From the NCBI GenBank assembly GCA_937870685.1, contig CALMZX010000144.1, positions 859 to 64,858 of the forward strand: a DNA stretch of 64,000 bases. The letters run 5' to 3'. The notes under the pieces were generated by a model, which was given only the letters and a program-made list of their open reading frames with translations, was not told the DNA's origin and did not search any database. The position numbers and the translations under genes are program-made. This document shows, in pieces, positions 18,592-27,469 of the stretch. This stretch comes from an uncultured Alphaproteobacteria bacterium (GTDB lineage: Bacteria; Pseudomonadota; Alphaproteobacteria; Rhizobiales; Aestuariivirgaceae). The stretch's first letter is position 1. Every line of letters begins with the position of its first letter.

Positions 18592-19494
18592 TCACACCGC
18601 CGCCAGGTGCCGGGCGAAGTCATTCGTTGCCATCAGGGTCTTGCAGCGGGTGAAGCGGTTCAAGGCATAGGCGGCGAAATCATCCGCCGGATTCCTGTTG
18701 GCGTGCTGGATCAGGCCCCAGAGGGTCCAGAGCAGGTCGCACATGGCCTTGTAGATCACCATGCGGCCATGGTCGGCGGCGGAAGGCTTCACGCCAAAAT
18801 AGGCGTGCAGCATCTCCATGTCCTGCACTTCGTCAAAGCCGCCTTCCACCGAAAGGTCACCGAGGTCCCACATGGGATCGTTCATGCCGGAGTATTCCCA
18901 GTCCACCACCCACATGCGTTCGCCCGTGTCGATGAAGTTTTCGCAGAGGGGATCGCAGTGGCAGGGCACCAGAGGGGCGGGATTGCGGGCCAGTGCCGCA
19001 CGGATGGTCTCCGCTTCCCGCACCACATCGTGGTAGCCATCCGGCAGGTCTACATCCTTGGTGGAGAGCACCCTCAGGTAGTCGTCGATCATGGCGAAGA
19101 GTTCGAAGCGGAAGGGAAACGAGCCGCCGGAGGTGTGCAGCTTGCACAGCACCTGTCCGGCGCGGGCGGGAGAACCCGTCCGTGTACGGAAGTTATCCGG
19201 TGACATGGTGACGGCTCCGGGGACGAGAACGGTCACCATCACTCCTGTTCTGGCGTCGGCGAAAATCACCTCCGGGCTCACCCCGGCGTCGGCGGCCACG
19301 CGGGCGGAGGCCGCCTCATTGTCGCGGTTGATGTATTCCTCCGTGCCTTCGCCCGGAATGCGCAGCACGTGGTTCCCCACCCGGTAAACCTTGTTGGTGA
19401 GGCCCCCCAGCCGTTCCACGGGGCCTCCATATGCGGAAAGTGCGGGGATGGTGCGCAGAACCGCGCGGGCGTGTTTTTCTTCTTCGGGCGTCAT
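18592..19494 (-). CDS. Choline/ethanolamine kinase-like phosphotransferase
   Basis: RLGGLTNKVY, VLRIPG, HCDPLCENF (Brenner-like motif), VDWEYSGMNDPMWDLG. Confidence 0.88.
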   Translation of the reverse strand: MTPEEEKHARAVLRTIPALSAYGGPVERLGGLTNKVYRVGNHVLRIPGEGTEEYINRDNEAASARVAADAGVSPEVIFADARTGVMVTVLVPGAVTMSPDNFRTRTGSPARAGQVLCKLHTSGGSFPFRFELFAMIDDYLRVLSTKDVDLPDGYHDVVREAETIRAALARNPAPLVPCHCDPLCENFIDTGERMWVVDWEYSGMNDPMWDLGDLSVEGGFDEVQDMEMLHAYFGVKPSAADHGRMVIYKAMCDLLWTLWGLIQHANRNPADDFAAYALNRFTRCKTLMATNDFARHLAAV

Positions 19495-19534
19495 GGGCAA
19501 AACGCTATCATGACAGAAACAAGTTTGGGAAGAG

Positions 19535-20179
19535 ATGATGACACAGGGTGATGGCGACAAGCACGACGGCTTCCTGGGGGCCGTTTACGACTCCAAGAGC
19601 ACAGACGATGTGGCGGCGCTTTATGACAAGTGGGCCGAAACCTATGATGCCGAGATGGCGCAGGCGGGCTACCGCCATCCCACCATCTGCCTCGCGCTCC
19701 TGTCGCGTCATCTGCCCCAGGGTAGCGCGCCGCTGCTGGATGCGGGGGCGGGCACGGGGCTCATCGGGGAGTGGCTGCAGATCATGGGGTATCCGCAGGT
19801 GGAGGCCCTCGACATTTCGGCAGGCATGCTGAAGGTGGCAGAGAAGAAGGGCTGCTACTCGGCCCTTCACGTACTGGCGCTGGGCGGGACCTTGCCTTTT
19901 GCCGGGAACAGTTTTGGCGGAGTCATCTCGGCGGGGGTGTTCACCTCCGGCCACGTGGGGGCGGAAGGTCTGGATGAACTGATCCGAATCACGCGTCCTG
20001 GCGGCGTCATCGTGCTGACGGTCAAGAACACCCTGTGGGAGGCGGGCTTTGCGGCGCGCATCGCCGAATTGGAATCGCAGGGCCTCGTCGCCCGCGCGGA
20101 AGAAACCGCTCCCTATGTGTCGATGCCGGGCGAAACCGGCACGACGCCAAGCCGCGGGCTTGTCCTGCGGGTTTGCTAG
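19535..20179 (+). CDS. Class I SAM-dependent methyltransferase
   Basis: YDKWAETYD, LLDAGAGTGL, ALDISAGML, SAGVFT motifs. Confidence 0.9.
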   Translation: MMTQGDGDKHDGFLGAVYDSKSTDDVAALYDKWAETYDAEMAQAGYRHPTICLALLSRHLPQGSAPLLDAGAGTGLIGEWLQIMGYPQVEALDISAGMLKVAEKKGCYSALHVLALGGTLPFAGNSFGGVISAGVFTSGHVGAEGLDELIRITRPGGVIVLTVKNTLWEAGFAARIAELESQGLVARAEETAPYVSMPGETGTTPSRGLVLRVC

Positions 20180-20862
20180 ACGAGGTCTGCCAGTCCGGCG
20201 AGGCTGTCGATCACGCGCGCCGGTTTTCCGGGGATGTTGTCGTCGATCGTGGGTGTGCGGGCAATGCGCACCACCTGAAAACCGAACTGCGCGGCCGCCT
20301 GTGCATCCCAGGTGTTGGCGGAGACGAAGCAGACCGAGGGCGCGTCCTGTATCGTGAGCTTCTGCATGGCGAGGCGGTACACCCGGCGGCTCGGCTTGTA
20401 GATGCCCACTTCCTCGACCGAGAGCACATGGTCGAAGAGTTTCTCCAGTCCGGCATGGCGCACGATCGAATCGAGCATCGAGGGAGAGCCGTTGGAGAGG
20501 ATGGCGGTGCGTTTGCCCTTCTTCTTCACGGCCGTGACGCCCTCCAGCGCATCGGGATAGGCGTCGAGCTTGAGATGGAGCGTCATCAGCTCATCGGCAA
20601 GGCCAGCTTCGTTGATCTCCAGCTGCTTGAGGGCATAGTCGAGGGCGTCCCGGGTCACGTGCCAGAAGTCGGCATGCACGCCCATGAGGCTGCGGAGCCA
20701 GGTGTATTCCAGCTGCTTGCGACGCCAAAGGGGGGCGAGGTCCTTGGCCTTGTCACCGATTTCGCCCGCGAGCTTTTCCACCGGCGAGGCCACGTTGAAC
20801 AGCGTGCCATAGGCGTCAAAGACGCAGGCCTGGATGCCTTCGAGTTTTCCTGCCGCTGCCAT
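20176..20862 (-). CDS. Haloacid dehalogenase type II-like hydrolase
   Basis: VFDAYGTLF, WRRKQLEYTW, ILSNG, YKP..VY, FVSANTWD. Confidence 0.9.
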   Translation of the reverse strand: MAAAGKLEGIQACVFDAYGTLFNVASPVEKLAGEIGDKAKDLAPLWRRKQLEYTWLRSLMGVHADFWHVTRDALDYALKQLEINEAGLADELMTLHLKLDAYPDALEGVTAVKKKGKRTAILSNGSPSMLDSIVRHAGLEKLFDHVLSVEEVGIYKPSRRVYRLAMQKLTIQDAPSVCFVSANTWDAQAAAQFGFQVVRIARTPTIDDNIPGKPARVIDSLAGLADLV

Positions 20863-20893
20863 GTGGTCTGTCCTCGCGCCGGACACTACGCCA

Positions 20894-21637
20894 TCAGCCG
20901 ATGGATGCAAGACCGGGGAACCATTCGATCAACCAGTAGGAGAGGGTTTGCATCGAGCCGGTCAGGAACATGACACCGGTGATGACCAGCAGAAGTCCCA
21001 TGATGCGCTCGACCATGGGCATGTGGCGGCGGAACTTGCGGAAGAAGCCGAGGAAGGCATCAAGGCTGAAGGCCGCGAGGAGGAACGGAATGCCGAGGCC
21101 CAGCGAATAGAGCGCCAGCAGGCTCATGCCCTTGCTCACGCTTTCCGATGAACCGGCAATCGAGAGGATGGCGGCCAGCACCGGTCCGATGCAGGGCGTC
21201 CAGCCGAACGCGAAGGCGAGGCCGATGCCATAGGCGCCGATCAGCGTCACGCCTTCGGCCTGGTGGTGATAGCGCTTTTCCTGCGCGAGGAAGCGCAGGC
21301 GGAAGAGGCCGAGAAAGTTCAGCCCCATGACGATGATGGCGATGCCGGCAACCTGGGTGAGGATGGGCATGTACTGGCGCAGCATCTGGCCTGCGGCAGA
21401 GGCGGTGGCGCCGAGCAGCACGAAGACGGTGGTAAAGCCGAGCACGAAGCACAGGGCCGCCAGCATGACGCGCATGCGGTGGTGGGTCTCGACCTTCACC
21501 TCCTCGCCCGCGAGGTCGTCGAGCGACAGGCCGCTGATGTAGCAGAGATAGGGTGGGACCAGCGGCAGCACGCAGGGGCTCAGGAAACTGAGCGCGCCCG
21601 CGAAAATCGCCGCACCGACCGAAACATCCAATTCCAT
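20894..21637 (-). CDS. ccdA: Cytochrome c biogenesis thiol-disulfide transporter
   Basis: SFLSPCVLPLVP and FGWTPCIGPVL cysteine motifs; polytopic membrane protein. Confidence 0.93.
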   Translation of the reverse strand: MELDVSVGAAIFAGALSFLSPCVLPLVPPYLCYISGLSLDDLAGEEVKVETHHRMRVMLAALCFVLGFTTVFVLLGATASAAGQMLRQYMPILTQVAGIAIIVMGLNFLGLFRLRFLAQEKRYHHQAEGVTLIGAYGIGLAFAFGWTPCIGPVLAAILSIAGSSESVSKGMSLLALYSLGLGIPFLLAAFSLDAFLGFFRKFRRHMPMVERIMGLLLVITGVMFLTGSMQTLSYWLIEWFPGLASIG

Positions 21638-21734
21638 GGCCGCTCTCTGGCAGGGCTGGCGCGGTTACGCAACAGATGGGCGCGTCGCAGGCATCACGTT
21701 TGGGTGTGCGTGGTGGTTGACGTCAACGTCAATA

Positions 21735-21751
21735 ATGTTATGTTATAACAT
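21735..21751. promoter_or_regulatory. Zur box
   Basis: Perfect ATGTTAT-N3-ATAACAT palindrome, 19 bp upstream of znuA. Confidence 0.85.
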
Positions 21752-21770
21752 ATCTGAATGGAGATCGCCG

Positions 21771-22706
21771 ATGCATCTGCCGTCCCTTGCCCTGTCCGCA
21801 AGCCTTCTGGCCCTTTCCGTTGTGCCCGCACTGGCCGCGCCAAAGGTGGTGGCGTCCATTGTGCCCGTGCACGCATTGGTGGCTGCAGTTATGGAAGGCG
21901 TCGGCACGCCCGTGTTGCTCCTGTCCGGCCAGACCAGCGAACATCAGGCCAGCTACTCGCTGCAACAGATCGAAGACCTCGGCAGGGCCGATGCCGTGTT
22001 CATTGTGGGGCAGGGGCTGGAACTGAAACTGGGGGAATTGAGCGGGAGCGAGACGGTTGAGGGTAAACGCTTTGTGGCGCTGGCCGATGTGGAGGGCCTG
22101 CGCAGGCTGCCGATACGTGAAGGCGGCCGTTTCACGGCGCATGCACACGGCGAAGAGGAAGCCGGTCATGACCATGAGGCGGGCACTGCGGCTTTTGATC
22201 CGCATCTCTGGCTTGATCCCGCCAATGCCAAGGTCATGGCCCTGGCCATTGCAGCGGAACTGTCGAAGACAGATCCCGGCGAGGCAGCGCGCTATCAGGC
22301 CAATGCCGTGGCGCTGACCGGAGAGCTTGATAGCCTCACGGCCGAGATTGCCTCCGCGCTTTCAGGCGTGAAGGACAAACCCTTCGTCGTCACCCATGAT
22401 GCCTTCCAGTATTTCGAGCATGCCTTCGGGCTCCGCGCGGCGGGCAGTATCTCGGATTTTTCGGGAACGCCACCATCGGCGCAACGGCTGAAGGAGGTGC
22501 GTGACACGCTCAAGGCGACAGGGGCCGTGTGCGTATTCCGCGAACCGCAGTTCTCCGGCAAGGCAGCCAGCATCGTGACCGAGGGAACCTCTGCCCGTGA
22601 AGGCGTGCTGGACCCCATCGGCGCAACACTTCCCCCCGGCAAGGGGGCCTATGCCACGCTGCTGCGCACTCTTGCCCGCGACCTCAAGGCCTGTCTGGAG
22701 GGATGA
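21771..22706 (+). CDS. znuA: Zinc ABC transporter substrate-binding protein
   Basis: Signal peptide; VVASIVPV, His-rich loop, DPHLWLDP, VTHDAFQYF, CVFREPQF. Confidence 0.9.
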   Translation: MHLPSLALSASLLALSVVPALAAPKVVASIVPVHALVAAVMEGVGTPVLLLSGQTSEHQASYSLQQIEDLGRADAVFIVGQGLELKLGELSGSETVEGKRFVALADVEGLRRLPIREGGRFTAHAHGEEEAGHDHEAGTAAFDPHLWLDPANAKVMALAIAAELSKTDPGEAARYQANAVALTGELDSLTAEIASALSGVKDKPFVVTHDAFQYFEHAFGLRAAGSISDFSGTPPSAQRLKEVRDTLKATGAVCVFREPQFSGKAASIVTEGTSAREGVLDPIGATLPPGKGAYATLLRTLARDLKACLEG

Positions 22707-22781
22707 TCTCGCGGGCTGAATGGCCTTCACTTTCTTGCCGCATTCCCCGATCATTGCGTGAGAGATTCGGGAAGGCAGTTC

Positions 22782-23438
22782 ATGATCCGGCGTTGGCTTT
22801 TGGCAGTTGCGTGTCTGGCAGGTTCGGCGGGAGCCGTTATGGCGCATCCGCACGTCTGGACCGACATGCGCTCGAGCCTGATGGTGGACGGGCAGGGGAT
22901 GATCACCGGCATCCGCGTGGAATGGACCTTTGATGAAGGCTACGCCACCTTTGCGCTCGAAGGCCTCGATACCAATGGCGACGGTTCCTACGGGCCTGAC
23001 GAAATCAGGCCGCTCACCGACGAGAACATCAAGAGCCTCGCCGAATCCGACTATTTCGGTTTCATGCGCCAGGGTGGAAAGCGGCTGCCACATGGCGCGG
23101 TGACGGATTATGCCCAGACCTATGACGGCAGCAGGCTGACGCTGTTCTTCGTCCTGCCGCTGGCAACGCCGGTGGACCCGCGCAAGGGAGTGTTTGACTA
23201 CAAGGTCTATGATCCGGACTTCTTCATCTCCTTCGATTACATGAAGGATGCGCCGGTTGAACTTGAAGGCACACTGCCGCAGGGCTGCACGTGGGAACTG
23301 AAGCCGGTGCTCACCGACGAGGAACTTGAGGCCAAGCGCAACTTCCTCTCCGAAAAGAGCAAGGACTGGGTCAATGAAACGGGCGAGGATTTCGGCTCGC
23401 TGTTTGCCCGGCCGGTCGTGGTGACATGCGGGTCGTGA
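22782..23438 (+). CDS. DUF1007-family (ZevA-like) periplasmic protein
   Basis: Signal peptide followed by AHPHVW; WTFDE; YDPDFF. Confidence 0.85.
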   Translation: MIRRWLLAVACLAGSAGAVMAHPHVWTDMRSSLMVDGQGMITGIRVEWTFDEGYATFALEGLDTNGDGSYGPDEIRPLTDENIKSLAESDYFGFMRQGGKRLPHGAVTDYAQTYDGSRLTLFFVLPLATPVDPRKGVFDYKVYDPDFFISFDYMKDAPVELEGTLPQGCTWELKPVLTDEELEAKRNFLSEKSKDWVNETGEDFGSLFARPVVVTCGS

Positions 23439-24523
23439 TCCGCATTCTCCTGCTGCTGGCGCTGCTGCTGCCTGTGTCGGCGCTGCCGGTTGTGGCGCAG
23501 GAGGGCGTTGCGGAGCCTCCGCCCAAGGTGGTGATCGACAAGCGCAAGCTGCTGGTGCCGCCGCGCAATCCTGATGGTTCTTTCGTCGTGACGCCGTTCA
23601 GCGAAGACCCGGTGCGCTGGGCGCGTGACAAGCAGCAGAACTTCTACCGCAGCCTTTCGGGTGCGATCCGAGGGCTCGCGTCCGACTCGCCGCTGAAAGC
23701 GGGGTGGACGCTGGTGTTCATCAGCTTCCTCTATGGCGTGTTCCATGCGGCGGGGCCGGGGCACGGCAAGGCGGTGATTTCCGGCTGGGTGCTGGCGACA
23801 GAAAATGATCTCAGGCGCGGCATCATCATCTCGGCGTTGAGCGCTCTCTTCCAGGCCTTGACGGCCATCGTGATCGTGAGCGGACTGCTTTTGTTTGTGA
23901 GCAGTGCCTCTGCCATGGCGCGGGATGTGGCGGGCTTTCTGGAAAGCGCCAGCTACCTGATGATCGCGGGCCTGGGGCTCTATCTGGTGTGGAGCGGCAT
24001 ACGGCCTGCCCATGCGCCTGCGGTTGCAGTGGCTGTGCCGGGTGATGCGGCGCGGCGCGCAACGGAAGGCGTGTCCTTCGAGATCGTCACGCCCCTGCCA
24101 GACGCATTGCCTGCCGATCATGTGCACGGGCCGGAGTGCGGTTGTGGCCATGCGCATCTGCCACAGGCCACGCAGGTACGCGGCGACTGGTCGTGGAGCC
24201 GGGCCGTGGCGCTGGCCTTTGCCGTGGGCCTGCGGCCCTGCACGGGCGCGCTGCTGGTGCTGATCTTTTCCTGGGGCATGGGGCTTTACTGGGCGGGCAT
24301 TGTTTCGACGCTGGCGATGGGGCTTGGGGTGTTCATCACCATTTCGCTGATCGCGTCGCTCGCCGTCTTCGCCAAGTCGGCGGCGCTGCGTTATGCGGGG
24401 CTGGGAAACCGGATGCTGGATCGGGCCGTAAGTGGATTGCGGCTGGTGGCGGGGCTGGGAATCGCAGGCCTCGGCGGGCTCATGTTCTGGGCCTCGCTTG
24501 GAACCGTGAATGCAATGATGTGA
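23435..24523 (+). CDS. NicO/RcnA-like (ZevB-like) metal transporter membrane protein
   Basis: SFLYGVFHAAGPGHGKAV, His/Cys loop HVHGPECGCGHAH, GLRPCTGA. GTGA overlap with the DUF1007 stop. Confidence 0.87.
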   Translation: MIRILLLLALLLPVSALPVVAQEGVAEPPPKVVIDKRKLLVPPRNPDGSFVVTPFSEDPVRWARDKQQNFYRSLSGAIRGLASDSPLKAGWTLVFISFLYGVFHAAGPGHGKAVISGWVLATENDLRRGIIISALSALFQALTAIVIVSGLLLFVSSASAMARDVAGFLESASYLMIAGLGLYLVWSGIRPAHAPAVAVAVPGDAARRATEGVSFEIVTPLPDALPADHVHGPECGCGHAHLPQATQVRGDWSWSRAVALAFAVGLRPCTGALLVLIFSWGMGLYWAGIVSTLAMGLGVFITISLIASLAVFAKSAALRYAGLGNRMLDRAVSGLRLVAGLGIAGLGGLMFWASLGTVNAMM

Positions 24524-24534
24524 GAGGTGTTGTG

Positions 24535-24993
24535 ATGCGGAACGGATTGGCGCTGGCGGGATTTGTGGTGCTCTGCCTTGCGGTGGGGGGGCTGGGAGGC
24601 TGGGCCACGGCGCAATCGGTGGCGGAGTGGTACCCCACGCTGGCAAAGCCATCATGGACGCCGCCGCCGTGGCTGTTCGCGCCGGTGTGGACGGTGCTTT
24701 ACATTCTCATGGGCGTGGCCGCGTGGCTGGTGTGGAAGAAGGGCACGGCGCAAGGTCCGATGGTCCTGTTCGGAGCGCAGTTGCTGCTGAACCTGGCCTG
24801 GTCTTTCCTGTTCTTCGGGGCGCGCTCGCCGGGGCTGGCGCTGATCGATATCGCGGTGCTTTGGATTGCCATCGCGGCGATGATCTTCGCCTATGCCTTC
24901 AGGAGTCGCCTGGCGGCCTATCTCATGGTGCCCTATCTGGCCTGGGTGAGCTTCGCCATGGCGCTGAACGCGGCGGTCTTCATGCTGAACTGA
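24535..24993 (+). CDS. tspO: Tryptophan-rich sensory protein
   Basis: WYPTLAKPSWTPPPWLFAPVW, LNLAWSFLFF, PYLAWVSFA. Confidence 0.93.
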   Translation: MRNGLALAGFVVLCLAVGGLGGWATAQSVAEWYPTLAKPSWTPPPWLFAPVWTVLYILMGVAAWLVWKKGTAQGPMVLFGAQLLLNLAWSFLFFGARSPGLALIDIAVLWIAIAAMIFAYAFRSRLAAYLMVPYLAWVSFAMALNAAVFMLN

Positions 24994-25059
24994 GGCTGTC
25001 ATTCCCGTATTAAGAATTAAGGCACACTACGCTCTTGACTCTGGGCAGGGTTCGTGACA

Positions 25060-25074
25060 GAACAAATGTAGAAC
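25060..25074 (+). promoter_or_regulatory. Alphaproteobacterial LexA (SOS) box
   Basis: GAAC-AAATGTA-GAAC (GAAC-N7-GAAC), 17 bp upstream of the imuA ATG. Confidence 0.88.
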
Positions 25075-25091
25075 ATTCTGGACATCCTGTC

Positions 25092-26072
25092 ATGCGTACC
25101 AACCCGATGCCCCTTCGGGCGGCGGTCGCGGCTTCGCGCCCGCCTGCCCCTTCGCCATCTGATCCTGCCGCGCCGACCACCCGGCCAGCACTTGCCAAAC
25201 CTGCCCTTGCCCGTGCCGTGCCGGAGCGGGAGGAGGCGCGGGCGCTCATTGCCCGGCTGCGGGAGCATCTGGCGCGTTCTGGTCCGGAGGAGAGGGGGAG
25301 GCAGCCTGTCCCGTCGCGCGCCCAGCGCCGGGAGGTCACCCCTTGGACCTTGGGGCTTGCGGACCTCGACAGGCACCTGCCGGAGGAGGGGCTGGCGGTT
25401 GCGGGCCTGCATGACATCTCGCCTGCGGCCTATGGCGACTTTCCGGCGGCCTGCGGTTTTGCCCTGGCGCTGGCCGTGCGGCGGCTGGCGGACAGCCGGG
25501 AGCGCCGCCCCGTTTTGTGGTGTCGTCTCGAAACTGAACAGCGGGAGTATGGCCATTGCTATGGCCATGGCGTGGCCGCTCTGGGGGTGCCACGGTCGCG
25601 CTTCCTGACCCTCAGCCTGAAGCGCCCGGTGGCCCTGCTCTGGACGGTGGAAGAGGCTTTGAAATCTGGCTGTTTATCAGTGGTTATCGGTGATGTTGCA
25701 ACGCAACATGCCGATCTCACGGCGACCCGGCGGCTGGCTCTTGCCGGACAGGCGGGAAGGGCATCCGGCATTATTGTATTGACTCGAAACTATATAGATT
25801 CAACGACCAGTTTCAGTCGATGGTGCGTTGCAACATCGCGCTCCCCACCCGCAGCATCGGACCCACGCGCTCCCGGCTCTCCGGTCTGGCAGGTCGGGCT
25901 CACCCGCATCCGGGGAGGCCGCCCCGGGGAGTGGTTTCTCAACTGGCAGAAAGATCATGCGCCGTCTCGTTTCACTCTGGTTCCCGGCTTTTCCGGTGGA
26001 GCGCTTCATCCGGGCGCGGCGGAAGGCCCGCGCTCCCGTGCCGCCACCGAGCCTGCCCTTCGCGCTGGTTGA
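25092..26072 (+). CDS. imuA: ImuA (RecA/SulA-like) mutagenesis protein
   Basis: LGLADLDRHLP..GL...LH, LWTVEEALKSG, TATRRLALA; first gene of the imu cassette. Confidence 0.85.
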   Translation: MRTNPMPLRAAVAASRPPAPSPSDPAAPTTRPALAKPALARAVPEREEARALIARLREHLARSGPEERGRQPVPSRAQRREVTPWTLGLADLDRHLPEEGLAVAGLHDISPAAYGDFPAACGFALALAVRRLADSRERRPVLWCRLETEQREYGHCYGHGVAALGVPRSRFLTLSLKRPVALLWTVEEALKSGCLSVVIGDVATQHADLTATRRLALAGQAGRASGIIVLTRNYIDSTTSFSRWCVATSRSPPAASDPRAPGSPVWQVGLTRIRGGRPGEWFLNWQKDHAPSRFTLVPGFSGGALHPGAAEGPRSRAATEPALRAG

Positions 26073-27462
26073 GCGCGGGGCCAAGGGCCTGCGCCTGGCG
26101 GCGGTCAATGCCGCGGCGCGGGAATTCGGCCTGATGCGCGGGCAGCGGCTGGCGGATGCCCGTGCCGCCGTGCCCGACCTTCTGAGCGAGGCGCATGAGC
26201 CGGAGCAGGATACGGCGAGTCTCCTCGGCCTGTGCCGCTGGATGGAGCGCTACAGCCCGTGGGTGGCGCCCGACCCGCCGGACGGCCTTCTCATGGAGGT
26301 GACCGGCATTCCCCATCTTTTCGGCGGCGAGGCGGCCATGCTGGCGGGCCTGAAGGCGCGGCTGACCGGTTATGGCTTCACGGCGCGCAGCGCCTGCGCC
26401 GGAACCATCGGCGCCGCCTGGGCACTGGCGCGCTACGGGCAGGACGGTGACGACAGCCTCAACGCTCTGCCGGTGGAGGCCTTGCGCATTGATGATGCCG
26501 CCGCCCGCACCCTGCGGCGACTCGGGCTCAAGAGCATCGGCGCGCTCACCAGCCTGCCACGGGCGAGCCTCGCCCGGCGCTTCCGGGGTGAAAGCATCCA
26601 CGAGAATGTGCTGTTGCGCCTCGACGAGCTGCTGGGCACGCGGGCCGAGCCGCTCAATGCCATCAACCCGCCGGGGTCGGTGATGGCACACCGGGCCTTC
26701 ATGGAACCGGTGATCACCCATGAGGGGCTGGTGAGCGTGCTGCGCGGGCTTTCGGGCGAGGTGGCCCGGGCGCTGGAGGCGCGTGGCGAAGGGGCGCTGC
26801 GTCTCATCCTCAAGCTGTTCCGCAGCGACGGGGGGCGGGTGCAGGTGCCGGTGGGCCTGACCGCGCCATCACATGAGGGCGGGCATCTCTTCCGCCTGCT
26901 CTCGCCCCGGCTTGAGACGCTTGATGCGGGCTTCGGCATTGATGCCATGACGCTGGAGGTGCGCGAGGCGGGGGCCGCCGTGGCGCGGCAGTATGGTTTC
27001 ATGGAAGAGAGTGCCGACACCAGCCTCTCCCAGCTCAATGACCGGGTGATGAACCGGCAGGGGCAGGAGATCACGCAGCTTGCCCCGGTTGAAAGCCACA
27101 TTCCGGAACGCTCGGAAGAGGCCCGTGCCATCGGCGCGGTCCTGCCTGCGACTGTGGGCGGCCTGCCGGAGCGGCCGCTGATGATCTTTGCCCCGCCGCA
27201 GCCGGCGCGCGTCATTGCCGCTGTTCCCGATGGCCCGCCGATGTCGCTCACCTGGCGGCGGGTGACGCGGCGCATTCTCCGTCATGCCGGGCCGGAGCGC
27301 ATCGCGCCGGAGTGGTGGCGCGGCGAAACGGGTGAGCGGCCGCGCGACTACTACATGGTGGAGGACGAGCAGGGCCGCCGCTACTGGCTGTTCCGCGAGG
27401 GGCTCTACGGCGAGGAGGCAGGCCCGCCGCCAAAATGGTTCGTGCACGGATTATCGGCGTGA
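25957..27462 (+). CDS. imuB: ImuB (inactive Y-family polymerase)
   Basis: RYSPWVAPDPPDGL, LFGGE, LPVEALRI, GPERIAPEWW, RDYY.VEDEQGRRYWLFR. Confidence 0.93.
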   Translation: MRRLVSLWFPAFPVERFIRARRKARAPVPPPSLPFALVERGAKGLRLAAVNAAAREFGLMRGQRLADARAAVPDLLSEAHEPEQDTASLLGLCRWMERYSPWVAPDPPDGLLMEVTGIPHLFGGEAAMLAGLKARLTGYGFTARSACAGTIGAAWALARYGQDGDDSLNALPVEALRIDDAAARTLRRLGLKSIGALTSLPRASLARRFRGESIHENVLLRLDELLGTRAEPLNAINPPGSVMAHRAFMEPVITHEGLVSVLRGLSGEVARALEARGEGALRLILKLFRSDGGRVQVPVGLTAPSHEGGHLFRLLSPRLETLDAGFGIDAMTLEVREAGAAVARQYGFMEESADTSLSQLNDRVMNRQGQEITQLAPVESHIPERSEEARAIGAVLPATVGGLPERPLMIFAPPQPARVIAAVPDGPPMSLTWRRVTRRILRHAGPERIAPEWWRGETGERPRDYYMVEDEQGRRYWLFREGLYGEEAGPPPKWFVHGLSA

Positions 27463-27469
27463 GACTGCC

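Noticed and set aside
25010-25022. TTAA-GAA-TTAA considered as a CtrA site
   Set aside because: Spacing is 3 nt, not the required 7.
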